NCBI GenBank assembly: GCA_938083505.1
Contig: CALKCF010000002.1
Location: forward strand, 1 to 64,000
Direction of reading: 5' to 3'
Source of the DNA: an uncultured archaeon
GTDB taxonomy: Archaea > Thermoproteota > Nitrososphaeria_A > Caldarchaeales > Wolframiiraptoraceae
DNA: 64,000 bases
The notes under the pieces were generated by a model, which ran no database searches, had not been told where the DNA came from, and saw only the letters and a list, made by a program, of their open reading frames with translations. Shown here piece after piece: positions 28,940-38,796 of this stretch (positions are counted from its first letter, which is position 1; each line of letters starts with the position of its first letter). Made by a program: the position numbers and the translations under genes.

Positions 28940-30703
28940 TTATATAAATATTAGCAACGTTAACGTCAAAAGTATAATACCCAGTAACATACAGGTGATA
29001 AAAATCCTGAAAGACCTTATCGTGCTCTTTGCCATGTAGTTGATTACGCTTTCCGAAAATACCCTAACATTCCTTACCATTAGTCTTTGGAAATGTACCT
29101 CGGCTGGTCTCATGGCAGCCCTTGCTTGCCTGTATAAATTCTTCGCATACTCTGCGACAACTTCTGGTGTCAGCACTTCACCAACTGGATGATAACCCCT
29201 TCCGCCTAAGCTTATGGCGCAAACGAGATGTGTATCTGTCGTCAACAACTCGCTACCCGACACGCCATCTTTGAATAACACATCCTGCACCAAGGACCTT
29301 ACCTGCGGTAAAGCATTATTGCCGTCTACAACGACGTAGGCAAATTCTTCACCATCAATACCTATTACCCAACATGATATTCCGCCGGGTCCTAAGCCAT
29401 CGTTCAGCCCATATTCGTTCGGGACGATCTTTGCATAACCTACAGAGAAATCTTCGTAAGTTTCACTTAGAGGAAGGGCTTCCACCTTCTTTATCAACTC
29501 TGCAACATCATGAACGTCAGAGTTGAATTGATAGTCACCGTTATCTGCAAAGGAGTTGTGCGCATCTATGACCACCATTCTGTTCGATTCTTGCATTAGT
29601 ATGTTTGGTAGCAAGTCCTCCATTGGGTTGGGGTGCAGACTCACTATGGCAACCTTTACACCATCAAAAGCGAAAACGTTTGCCGATGCCTTGCCGGACG
29701 TTATTGTCATAGGCTTTAGGGCCATTACGCTGAAGTCCCCCTCCTTTAAGGCTTTGAGCGAGGATTCGACTAACTGTTTAGCTAACCTTAGACCGTCCTC
29801 ACGTGATGCTAGATCCATTTCGTGTCCAGCCAGCCCTTTGAGGACTATCGCCTCTAAACCATAAGCGGCAAACGTCCTCTCTATGATGTACGGCGTGATG
29901 CTACCTCCTATTGACCTTACGGGTCCAGGGTGGAAGCGCGGAACAATGACGGACAGTATAGGAGTTTTTTCATTCTTATCCCTGAAGAGCATCATGTCTA
30001 CAGGTATATCGACTGCCTTACCGATTTCGTACAGTATCCCCTCAAGATAGGAGGTATCGCCTTCAAGCATGCTAAGAACAAAACCTCTGAGTAGTCTGAT
30101 AGGAGATTGTCCCAATATTTTACCGAATGTCTCCATCATGAACACTGTGAGTAATGAGAATGCTATGCCAAGACCGTAAGATGTTAAGATGAGTAATACT
30201 GCCACGTTGAAGTCAAGCCTCAAAATAAGCGCTATGCCTACTGCCTCTACGAATGTCGGTAAGAAGACGTAAAATAGGGAAAGGCGCTTGAACCTAAGCG
30301 ACAAGAGGGCTGTTGTGCTCAGAAAGGTTGATATATGCAGTCCAACGTATACTGACACGATCATATGCCAGCTGTCATTCGTAATGAGCGATATTAGAAA
30401 CCCTACAAGCGTAGCAGAAGATAGGAGTATCATCCGGACAAAAGATAACGTGTTGAGCCTATTGAGTGAAAATATGGACTCATGTTTTAGTAGAGTTTTC
30501 TTAAAAATTACGTTTAGGCCTAAAGACGATGACAACAACAGATAGAGGTACAACATCGAACTTGTTGTTCCTACACGCAGAGAAATAAGTAGAGCCACCA
30601 GCAATGACAACGAAACCATTGACGTTACAACGACCTTCAGGTTCGGCATCCTGAACAACAACCTATACCTTGAAGCCATAGCTGAGATTCCGCTACTTGT
30701 CAA
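28940..30703 (-). CDS. DUF2070 membrane protein
   Basis: N-term TMs, HPGP..GGS, IDAHN, DGNN, TTDTH. Confidence 0.88.
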   Translation of the reverse strand: MTSSGISAMASRYRLLFRMPNLKVVVTSMVSLSLLVALLISLRVGTTSSMLYLYLLLSSSLGLNVIFKKTLLKHESIFSLNRLNTLSFVRMILLSSATLVGFLISLITNDSWHMIVSVYVGLHISTFLSTTALLSLRFKRLSLFYVFLPTFVEAVGIALILRLDFNVAVLLILTSYGLGIAFSLLTVFMMETFGKILGQSPIRLLRGFVLSMLEGDTSYLEGILYEIGKAVDIPVDMMLFRDKNEKTPILSVIVPRFHPGPVRSIGGSITPYIIERTFAAYGLEAIVLKGLAGHEMDLASREDGLRLAKQLVESSLKALKEGDFSVMALKPMTITSGKASANVFAFDGVKVAIVSLHPNPMEDLLPNILMQESNRMVVIDAHNSFADNGDYQFNSDVHDVAELIKKVEALPLSETYEDFSVGYAKIVPNEYGLNDGLGPGGISCWVIGIDGEEFAYVVVDGNNALPQVRSLVQDVLFKDGVSGSELLTTDTHLVCAISLGGRGYHPVGEVLTPEVVAEYAKNLYRQARAAMRPAEVHFQRLMVRNVRVFSESVINYMAKSTIRSFRIFITCMLLGIILLTLTLLIFI

Positions 30704-30862
30704 GACCGCGCCCGCCCTAACCCAGTATCTATTCCGGGAACAAGACGTTAAATTAACCTATCTTTCTTTTTACCAAAATCTCTAAAATGAGCTAAACAGC
30801 AGAACTAAAGGTTTTATACAGTCCCTTAAGTCTTTTCAAAAGGATGGTGCTGAGCCGTAGGT

Positions 30863-31864
30863 ATGAGGACGTCCTATGAAAATGGGGTGCTCGTCGCGTG
30901 TAAAGGTATGGTGTTGGCATTCGACGCAGCTGGGGATCGTTTAGATGTCTCTTTGAGGTGCATAACCCACGCACATATCGACCACGCCATGAAGACGAAC
31001 GACCCTAACACGCTAATGAGTGCTGAAACCTACGAACTTCTAAAGGTTACGGGACGCTTAAAGCGGAGCGCGGATACCCTAGAATTCGAGAAAACTATAG
31101 ACATAGGATCTGTGAAATTAACCGCGGTGAACGCTGGTCACATATTGGGCTCATGTCAATATGTGATCGAGTGTGAAGGTACTACGCTGCTCTTCAGCGG
31201 AGACATAAATGTCCATGATACGCTTATCACCAAAGCAGCTAAACCTGTAAACGCTGATTTCATGATTCTAGAAGCGACGTACGGTGACCCTAACTTTCTG
31301 TTCCCTGATAGGGAGGCGATCTATTCTAAAATCGTGAAGTGGATTTGTGAATGCCTAAAGAGCGATAAAATTCCGGCGTTCAAAGCATACCTTTTTGGTA
31401 AATCTCAAGAGTTAATAAAATTGGTTAACGAGTATCTAGACATACCTGTCGTTGTGTGCGATACTGTTGCTAAAGCGTGCGAAGTTTATAAGAAGTTTGG
31501 TATAGATCTTTCATATTTCCGTGAGAGTACGGCTGCCGGTAAAGAACTCCTAAAGACTGGCGAGTGTGTATATGTGAGCAACCATAGGACCTATATTCCA
31601 CTCAACAGAAAAATGAAGTGGGCGACGGCTACCGGTTGGGCACTCAGATATAGCTTCGAATCTTACGACGCTGCGTTTCCGCTGAGCAGTCACGCTGATT
31701 TTATGGGACTGATAAGTCATGTTGAAGCATGTATGCCAAGGAGAGTCTACACGATGCACGGTTATAGTAAGCGCCTCGCCAAGGAGTTAGAGAGAAGGGG
31801 TTTAGCGGCTACGGCTCTTGAATCTGCCGGAGCTTTCGTATCTCTCATTCGTAAAGAAAAGTAG
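30863..31864 (+). CDS. MBL/beta-CASP nuclease
   Basis: THAHIDH, AGHILG, FSGD, SSHAD, MHG. Confidence 0.9.
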   Translation: MRTSYENGVLVACKGMVLAFDAAGDRLDVSLRCITHAHIDHAMKTNDPNTLMSAETYELLKVTGRLKRSADTLEFEKTIDIGSVKLTAVNAGHILGSCQYVIECEGTTLLFSGDINVHDTLITKAAKPVNADFMILEATYGDPNFLFPDREAIYSKIVKWICECLKSDKIPAFKAYLFGKSQELIKLVNEYLDIPVVVCDTVAKACEVYKKFGIDLSYFRESTAAGKELLKTGECVYVSNHRTYIPLNRKMKWATATGWALRYSFESYDAAFPLSSHADFMGLISHVEACMPRRVYTMHGYSKRLAKELERRGLAATALESAGAFVSLIRKEK

Positions 31865-31906
31865 GTCCAGCAAAAATTAAAATACGGCCAAGGCATAAAA
31901 CCTTAC

Positions 31907-32080
31907 GTGAGCTCCAAGAAAAGACGTAGAGAGGCACCAATGCCGGCCACGATGGCGGGATTATTAGCGTTTTTTGGTGAGGAATCCAAAGGTTTTAAGG
32001 TTAGGCCTGAAGTTGTGATCATTTTTGCTGCTGCAATGATTGTCATGGTTCTGGTCGTTGCCAGGATCTGGCCGTTTTAG
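31907..32080 (+). CDS. secG: preprotein translocase Sec61beta (not in ORF track)
   Basis: GTG start; MPATMAGLLAFFGEE..KVRPE plus C-term TM, 57 aa. Confidence 0.9.
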   Translation: MSSKKRRREAPMPATMAGLLAFFGEESKGFKVRPEVVIIFAAAMIVMVLVVARIWPF

Positions 32081-32355
32081 GTCTCGTCTATAGCCTGCTG
32101 ACCTAAACCTGTTAGTGTCCAGAGGTTTTTGCCCTTATCTTTCAGTGTTTTGATTATACCTTCTGTGCCCATATTCTTGAGGTGTCTCCTTACAGCCGAC
32201 GGTGTTAGGCCGATCTCCTCCGCGATCTGTATCGTTGACATAACATTACGCTCCTTAAGCATCTCGATTATCGCGCTTCGCACTTTAATTCCCCTTGACG
32301 TGTTCTTTATTCTGCTCAAGAAAGCCCTTGGATTTACTTCCCGATGGGGTGGCAT
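32077..32355 (-). CDS. winged-helix (ArsR-like) protein
   Basis: STIQIAEEIGLTPSAVRRHLKNM..W.LTG.GQ. Confidence 0.8.
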   Translation of the reverse strand: MPPHREVNPRAFLSRIKNTSRGIKVRSAIIEMLKERNVMSTIQIAEEIGLTPSAVRRHLKNMGTEGIIKTLKDKGKNLWTLTGLGQQAIDET

Positions 32356-32407
32356 GTCTCAAAAATCATTAAATATGGTGCGATTAATTCTTTTAATAAG
32401 ATTTTGT

Positions 32408-32576
32408 TTAATAAATTTCATCAACTTTAATAGGTTGCTTTAAAACCCATAAATGACCGCAACGTGGGGCACCACATGTCCCATACTTTTTCAACATTAC
32501 AGTCTCTCGGTTTAAAGGGGATTACAAGTTCATAGCCGCATCTCGGACACTTAATATCCTTTTTATTTCCACACAT
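32408..32576 (-). pseudogene. small Zn-ribbon protein with +1 frameshift
   Basis: MCGNKKDIKCPRCG...; deleting one base of the 32466-32469 run yields WCPRCGHLW..IY*. Confidence 0.55.
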
Positions 32577-33684
32577 CTTTTCTGCTAACCCTCAAAACAG
32601 GCGGTATTAAGGCGGCCCTTATAGCATGGTCTGCCAGTACGATTGCAACGACTGCCTCCACAACAGGTACGGCTCTAGGAACGATCGTCGGGTCATGTTT
32701 ACCCTTTACCTCGATCTCGACCTCTTTCATGCTGCTAAGGTCCACAGTCATCTGTTTCTTAGTTATCGAAGGTGTTGGCTTGAAAGCAACCCTAACGATC
32801 AGCGGCATGCCCGTAGATATTCCGCCGAGTATACCACCTGCGTTGTTCGTGACCGTTACGACTTTTCCGTTTACTATCGTGTAAGGATCGTTGTTCTGTG
32901 AGCCCAGCAACCTAGCTGCGGCAAACCCTGCGCCGAATTCTACACCCTTAACCGCCGGTATTGCAAAGAGCGCTCTGCTTAGGTCAGAATCCAGCGATGA
33001 GAATATAGGTTCACCAAGACCAACAGGTAGCCCGAGTACCTGGCATTCGACTATGCCGCCGAGGCTGTCGCCCTTCTCTCTAACCTCATTTATTCTCCTG
33101 ATCATCTCGTTAGCTACTACCTCGTCTGGACATCTGACCTCGTTACTGTACCTCTTGCTCCTAATATCATGCAAGGTGAAGTTTTTAGCCCTTATACCGC
33201 CTATTTCCAGAGCGTAGGCCATAATCTCGATTCCCAACGTCTTTGAGAGCAATTTCTTGGCGATAGCTCCTGCCATCACTAGGCTAGCAGTAACCCTACC
33301 AGAGAACCTCCCACTACCTCGCCAATCTGCGAACCCACCATATTTCACATGAGCGACGTAATCTGCATGTCCTGGTCTAGGCCTATTAACAAAAACCCTA
33401 TAATGCTCTGAGTTTACGTCCTTATTCCACACGAGCATGCAGATGGGCGAGCCTGTCGTCCTACCTTCGAACACGCCCGACAGTATCTCAACTTTGTCCT
33501 CTTCTGCTCTAGTTGATGTAACGCTGAGCACGCCCGGCTTCCTCAAGTCTAGTTCTCTTTGAATGTCAGCTTCTGAAAGCTCCAAACCTGCCGGACAACC
33601 ATCAACAACCGCTCCGACACACTTTCCGTGACTCTCGCCGAAACTTACGACAACAAACCTCTCGCCTAAGATATTCCCCGTCAA
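32563..33684 (-). CDS. aroC: chorismate synthase
   Basis: FGESHG, PRPGHAD, SGRVTA, NNAGGILGGISTG, GKHDP. Confidence 0.97.
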   Translation of the reverse strand: MTGNILGERFVVVSFGESHGKCVGAVVDGCPAGLELSEADIQRELDLRKPGVLSVTSTRAEEDKVEILSGVFEGRTTGSPICMLVWNKDVNSEHYRVFVNRPRPGHADYVAHVKYGGFADWRGSGRFSGRVTASLVMAGAIAKKLLSKTLGIEIMAYALEIGGIRAKNFTLHDIRSKRYSNEVRCPDEVVANEMIRRINEVREKGDSLGGIVECQVLGLPVGLGEPIFSSLDSDLSRALFAIPAVKGVEFGAGFAAARLLGSQNNDPYTIVNGKVVTVTNNAGGILGGISTGMPLIVRVAFKPTPSITKKQMTVDLSSMKEVEIEVKGKHDPTIVPRAVPVVEAVVAIVLADHAIRAALIPPVLRVSRKDVWK

Positions 33685-33739
33685 ACCCAGGTGTTAGTTT
33701 ACGCTCTGGATTTAAAGCTTATTATGTATGTTTGCGGAC

Positions 33740-34195
33740 TTACCAGACTGGGACTTCGTATCTGAACATTATTCTTTCTCCGCCTCTTAGCTTATAACTT
33801 CCGGCACCGACTGTTGCATACTCCCATTCTGCCTTTTCCTCGTTCCAGATGTACCACATCCAGTACTTGCCCATTTCTGGGTCGTTCCTTATTCCATCGA
33901 TGGATTCTATGAATTCTCCTAAACCACTAAAGTATTTTGTCTCCACAACAGCCATCCTCCTCAAGGCCTCGAGGGCTGATGCTCCCTTTGTCAACCAGAT
34001 AACTTCCGTTTTAGTCGCATTTCCATTATCTATGGTAACCTCGATTTTGAGCAACAGCCCCCTAAGCTCGTTTATGTTCTCCGCCTGTTCGGCTAACTGC
34101 ATCTGCAGAGCGTAAACCTGGTAGCCCACGTACACTAACGCAAGGCTCAACATTATGAATGCGATTATGATTGCTTGAGATTCTTTACTAACCAA
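33740..34195 (-). CDS. membrane-anchored DUF4430 (transcobalamin beta-domain-like) protein
   Basis: N-term TM, coiled coil, GEFIESIDG..YWMWY..VGAGSY.L..GE.I.F.Y. Confidence 0.8.
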   Translation of the reverse strand: MVSKESQAIIIAFIMLSLALVYVGYQVYALQMQLAEQAENINELRGLLLKIEVTIDNGNATKTEVIWLTKGASALEALRRMAVVETKYFSGLGEFIESIDGIRNDPEMGKYWMWYIWNEEKAEWEYATVGAGSYKLRGGERIMFRYEVPVW

Positions 34196-34201
34196 AGAGG
34201 C

Positions 34202-34873
34202 TCACCTCCAGCTCTCGCCTGAGGCGACCCTTATACTGGATCGGGCTACAACGGCTACTGGAACCTTAACCTTCACCATAAGCTTGGCGAGCGCGACGAG
34301 TGGCGGGATAAACACTAACGACGTAAGGTGATAGAGGGTAAATGGTATTTGGCCGATGAAAGATAACCAGAAGGATCCAATCCATAGTCCGCAACCTATT
34401 ACACCAGTCCAAAAATCGAAAAGCAAGATGGCAATCGCTGTCGTGAGGAGCGTGCTACCGAGTAACCTCTTGTACCTATCGAACATCGAAAGTTTGCTCC
34501 GCATGCCAAGTAACCATGCAAAAACGAAACCGGACCACTTAAAGAGCCATACGTGCCAAAGTCCGGGACCGAAAAAGATTAAGTCAAAGACTATTACGCT
34601 GGCAAGTGCTAAAACGCCAAAATACCTGTTGAACATCCTCCAAAACTTGCTTCCTCCTAATGGAAGCGAGAAAGATCCGACAGTCACGAGTGTCGGTATG
34701 ACCCATTCTAGGTTTGGCAACAGCTCTATTCCGGCAATGGCCCTGTATGCCCAGAACAGAGCCGAAAAAAGGGTCCCTAGCAGGACGAACAGCCCAAATC
34801 TTCTCGATAAGATCTCATCGAGTGTTTTTCCATACCATATTTTGTTTGATAACTGGACAAACACACTTAACAT
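34202..34873 (-). CDS. polytopic membrane protein, ECF S-component-like
   Basis: About 6 TMs, LPNLE and IPFTLYH motifs; operonic with the DUF4430 gene. Confidence 0.55.
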   Translation of the reverse strand: MLSVFVQLSNKIWYGKTLDEILSRRFGLFVLLGTLFSALFWAYRAIAGIELLPNLEWVIPTLVTVGSFSLPLGGSKFWRMFNRYFGVLALASVIVFDLIFFGPGLWHVWLFKWSGFVFAWLLGMRSKLSMFDRYKRLLGSTLLTTAIAILLFDFWTGVIGCGLWIGSFWLSFIGQIPFTLYHLTSLVFIPPLVALAKLMVKVKVPVAVVARSSIRVASGESWR

Positions 34874-34876
34874 GGC

Positions 34877-34895
34877 TGGATGGATATACCATCCA
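34877..34895. promoter_or_regulatory. palindromic operator between TATA box and start codon
   Basis: TGGATGG-ATATA-CCATCCA; minus-strand TTAAATA immediately upstream. Confidence 0.65.
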
Positions 34896-34951
34896 ATATT
34901 TAAGAGTTATGTGTTAAAAAGGTCATGCATGCATAATACAAGGCACATAGA

Positions 34952-35872
34952 TTAGGCCGGCATGAAAACAGGACTGGAATCCGTTATCGGTCTGGCGGCC
35001 TCAAGAACCCGAGCTAAATAGGGCGGTATCGTAAAGATTCTCTGGTGAATGTCAGGAGAGTAAAATTCAAGATGCTCGACCCCTCTTTCTTTCAACCTAC
35101 GCTCAACCTCTTCTGGAGTAAGGCTAAGGGGGTCGGCTGCCTTTGAGCCTAGGACAAAACCCCACTCTGATGCATACGACGGTACGAAGGCATGGTATGC
35201 CCTAGCAACTGGAAACGTACACGCGACGGTCTTGTAAATGGCCGCGAAACAATTCCTGCTGTAGTAAGTGGACGTAGCTTGGGTCACGAACACGCCATCA
35301 TTGTTCAGCTTTCTCGCCAATATCCGGTAAAATTCTGTAGTGTATAGAAGGTAGGAAGGTCCACCTTCCAAGGGGTCCGTCACGTCGATTATCGCCACGT
35401 CAAACGAGTTATCCGGAAGCCGTTCGACGTATCTTCTTCCGTCCTCGATTACTATCTCAGCCCTTGGATCGTCAAAGGAGTTCATATGGAATTCCGGCAG
35501 ATACTTCTTACATAGCTGGACCACTTCCTCATCTAAGTCGACCATCACGGCTTTCTCAACCGTCCTGTGTTTCAAGACTTCCCTAAGCGTCGCTCCCTCG
35601 CCGCCACCTATTATCAAGACCCTTGAAGGTTTTAGATGCGTGAGCATAACAGGGTGTACCAAAGATTCGTGGTAAATCTTTTCATCCGCACTTGACGACT
35701 GCACCTTGCCGTCAAGAACCAAGCATAAACCAAAGTCATAGGTTTCTACTATATCGACCTCCTGATACTTCGTCCTACCGCTATAGATGACACGCTTGAT
35801 TATGTGGAGTACTGCCGAGGTTGGTGTCTGCCATTCTAGCAAAAGTCTCCAATTTACTCCTCCTTCTGCCAA
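34952..35872 (-). CDS. speE: polyamine aminopropyltransferase
   Basis: LDGKVQS, YHESLVHP, IGGGEGATLRE, IIDVTDP. Confidence 0.95.
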   Translation of the reverse strand: MAEGGVNWRLLLEWQTPTSAVLHIIKRVIYSGRTKYQEVDIVETYDFGLCLVLDGKVQSSSADEKIYHESLVHPVMLTHLKPSRVLIIGGGEGATLREVLKHRTVEKAVMVDLDEEVVQLCKKYLPEFHMNSFDDPRAEIVIEDGRRYVERLPDNSFDVAIIDVTDPLEGGPSYLLYTTEFYRILARKLNNDGVFVTQATSTYYSRNCFAAIYKTVACTFPVARAYHAFVPSYASEWGFVLGSKAADPLSLTPEEVERRLKERGVEHLEFYSPDIHQRIFTIPPYLARVLEAARPITDSSPVFMPA

Positions 35873-36252
35873 ACCTCCTCGACCTCTATGAATCCACGCT
35901 TAAGCTCCTTGACATATGCACGTTTTGGTCTGATGTTCTTGCAGATGACCTCATATGCCTTCCAAGGGTCTACACGCTCCCCACATGTGAAAAGGTCAAC
36001 GGCAGCGTAACCATATTCTGGCCATGTGTGTATTGAGAGATGAGACTCCGCAATCGCTAAGATACCGGTAACACCACCGCCCTGTGGAAACTTTTTAAAA
36101 AATTCTCCGAGAACTTTAGCCCCCGAGGCTTCCGCAGCCTCGAGTAAGGTCGTCCTCAGAGCTTCTAGGTTTCTGAGGATCGAAACATCACATCCATACA
36201 GTTCTGCTATTAGATGCCGTCCCAACCCCTTCACCCAAATCACCTCCCTCAA
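35854..36252 (-). CDS. speD: S-adenosylmethionine decarboxylase proenzyme
   Basis: AESHLSIHTWPE, DLFTCG; adjacent to speE; true start likely the GTG after GGAGGTGA. Confidence 0.92.
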   Translation of the reverse strand: MREVIWVKGLGRHLIAELYGCDVSILRNLEALRTTLLEAAEASGAKVLGEFFKKFPQGGGVTGILAIAESHLSIHTWPEYGYAAVDLFTCGERVDPWKAYEVICKNIRPKRAYVKELKRGFIEVEEVWQKEE

Positions 36253-36256
36253 AGTG

Positions 36257-36281
36257 AAGGAGTGGTCCGTCCCACCCCCTT
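36257..36281 (-). promoter_or_regulatory. GC-rich hairpin in the speD-speE 5' leader
   Basis: AGGGGGTGG-GACGGA-CCACTCCTT just upstream of the SD; G-U pairs form on the minus strand. Confidence 0.45.
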
Positions 36282-36429
36282 TTATGATGAATTGTTTTTA
36301 GTTTGTTTGAATGTTGAAGTTGGCTACTTTTAAACCCTTCGGCATTTTATTTCTCATCAACTCAATTAAATTTTAATTTAAGACACAAATTAACGAATGA
36401 GTTGAACGGATTCAAAATTCTAATTAGTA

Positions 36430-37582
36430 ATGAGCTCGAAGAGCATTTTTTTGCTTTTACTTGCAACCCTTGTCGTGTTTCTCATTGGTTTCTGGCTTCA
36501 CATACCTTATGGCGGTGGCTATGTGTACAGCGACATAGTCTCAGTATACCAAGTCAGGCTGGAGGGGTTTCCACCAAAAGCTCCATATGTTGAGGTCTTC
36601 TTTGAGTACCCGGTAATAATCGCTACTTTAGCCTACGCTTCCGGCTTGATGGCAAGCTTGTTCACCAAGGAACACTATACCGCCCTTACCATTTACTATA
36701 CAATCACCTCAATAATCTTGTTCCTTGCAACGTTCTTAACAGTCTTGGAGGTTAGAAAATTATGCAGAAAGAAGGATTTATGCGTACTTTATAATCACGC
36801 CGAGTATGCTTTTCATGAACCTCCTTAACTGGTATATCGTAGGCGTTTACTTCATGGTAAGAGCTATTAGACTATTCCTCAAAGACAAGGCCGCATCTTC
36901 TGCTATCTTCTTCGGGATTTCGGCCGCATCGAACCTGATAACAGCGATTCCATCGGTTGCTATGTTAATAACGCATGGTGATTTTAGAAGAAGAATGCAA
37001 TTCCTCATCCTAGGCCTCGCAACCTATTTCATCGTAAACCTTCCAGCGCTCGTCCTGAATCCTAGCAACTGGTTAAGGTTTTGGGAATACCATGCTTCGT
37101 GGTACGTAGAGTGCAACTGGCAGATACTGTTGTTTAATATGTTTGACCCGAATGCGAGAATATTCTCGGCAAGATTAATGCCCATGTTATTCATCCTACT
37201 ACTGGCTGTAGTTTACAAAACCCAGCTTCCAAAACACAGTAAAATTTTGTTGGCATCTTGGTTAGCTATGGCCTGGTTCCTGTTTGCCAACTACGTCTAC
37301 GCACCCCAGATGAACATAACGCTCCTACCCTTCTTTACACTTCTAGCCGTGGCACCGTATCAACTCTTCATACTCTTTGATGTTTTGAACTCTGCGATAA
37401 TCGTGGCAGGGTTTTCGAGATTCTTGCAGAACGTATTGGGTATAAAATACGAGCTCAAGTCGTGGGGCATAGATTCACCCATACAATGGATGGCCATCGC
37501 TAGGTCTTTTATCCTTCTGGGATTCATCCTTTATTCGCTATATATAATTTTAAGAAGATCACCTAGTAATCTCATAGCCTGA
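36430..37582 (+). pseudogene. GT87/DUF2029-like membrane glycosyltransferase split by a frameshift
   Basis: YSDI and FEYPV in 36430-36828; the other frame from about 36770 reads RRIYAYFIITPSMLF into 36806-37582 (YAPQ). Confidence 0.7.
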
Positions 37583-38680
37583 GATTGTTTTGAAAAGCTC
37601 CTTAGCTTTCTTGTTGCTTTCGAAGTACGTCCTTATCGGCTCAAGTATCTTATCGAGAGCGTCAACAACTGCTCTTTTTAAGTCCAATGGGTGGATATTA
37701 CCAAGTTCGTAATCTTTCTTTAAGTCTTCAAAATTCTCGTATAAAACGTCTCCACCATACTTTTGTGGTCTTTCTATATACAGCTTCCCCATTTTCGGGA
37801 AGATTATGTACTTACAGTATTCTATTATAGGGTTTGATTTTGTGTTCTTCGGTGGACAGTAAGCTTTCATCACCTTTTCCTCCAAAACTTCCCTGCTGTC
37901 ATGCACGTATATGCTGGTCTCAGGTACACTCTTGCTCATCTTCGAGCTTATCTGCATATCTATTTCAGAATCGTCATCAAGTCCTTTCGCTCCCATAGGT
38001 CCTGTTAGTCCCATGAGCATATGATGGTGTACTGCTACAGGCTTTGGCCGTCCAAGCTTTGGAGCGATCTCTCTAGCCAACATATTGGCCCTCCTTTGAT
38101 CAAGACCGAGCTGACATATATCGACGCCAAGATAGAATATGTCAGCAACCTGCATTGCTGGATAGAAGAGTTGGGCAGCCTCCTGAAGCTCGCCCTCCTG
38201 TCTACCCATTATCGGGAGGCACCTAAGGAACCTCTTGAGCGTAGCCTCTTTCGCCACATTTATAACCAGCTTCCAGTATTCTCTATCGGCCGCGACGTCG
38301 TTAGCCCAAACGATCTCCACCTTGTTAACGTCTATACCAGAGGCCTTCCAAACCTCTATTAGGTATTCGCCGACCTTTCTTATCTTCTCCAAGTCACCAT
38401 CCATCTTCTTGTTTACCATTGCATGCCAGTCTGCAAGCAACAACTTGAACCTGCAACCAGCATCCAGCATGTCTTTCAGCTTTATTGCCCTGAGTACCGC
38501 AAACGGTATATGGGCAAAACCGCTTGGCTCGAATCCATCATAAGCGACTGGTTTATCGTTCGTTTCGAGGAGTTGTCTCAATTCCTGAAGCGTTATCACC
38601 TCTTCGGTCGGCGCTCTAGTTATCAACTCCATCCTTGTCTCGACGTCCAAATTGACCACGTCCCTTCTAAAACTACGCAC
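37559..38680 (-). CDS. tyrS: tyrosyl-tRNA synthetase
   Basis: YDGFEPSG, YPAMQVAD, GLDQRR, KMSKS. Confidence 0.97.
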   Translation of the reverse strand: MRSFRRDVVNLDVETRMELITRAPTEEVITLQELRQLLETNDKPVAYDGFEPSGFAHIPFAVLRAIKLKDMLDAGCRFKLLLADWHAMVNKKMDGDLEKIRKVGEYLIEVWKASGIDVNKVEIVWANDVAADREYWKLVINVAKEATLKRFLRCLPIMGRQEGELQEAAQLFYPAMQVADIFYLGVDICQLGLDQRRANMLAREIAPKLGRPKPVAVHHHMLMGLTGPMGAKGLDDDSEIDMQISSKMSKSVPETSIYVHDSREVLEEKVMKAYCPPKNTKSNPIIEYCKYIIFPKMGKLYIERPQKYGGDVLYENFEDLKKDYELGNIHPLDLKRAVVDALDKILEPIRTYFESNKKAKELFKTISGYEITR

Positions 38681-38719
38681 CTACCTACATGAGTATTTAA
38701 AAAATACTGTAGCGGGTTT

Positions 38720-38796
38720 TGCCCCACCACGAACACCACACCCCATAGAGCAGGGCGGCAACCCTTTCTCGGTGCGGCTCAAGGCATGGTGGGGCA
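38720..38796 (-). ncRNA. candidate structured small RNA (H/ACA-like hairpin)
   Basis: 12-bp basal stem, internal loop, 8-bp stem with G-U pairs, apical hairpin; own TATA at 38819-38826; T-run at 38699-38704. Confidence 0.6.

Noticed and set aside
38745-38770. GAAA-GGG...CCC apical motif as an archaeal SECIS
   Set aside because: The opposing A is missing and neither pheT nor tyrS has an in-frame TGA
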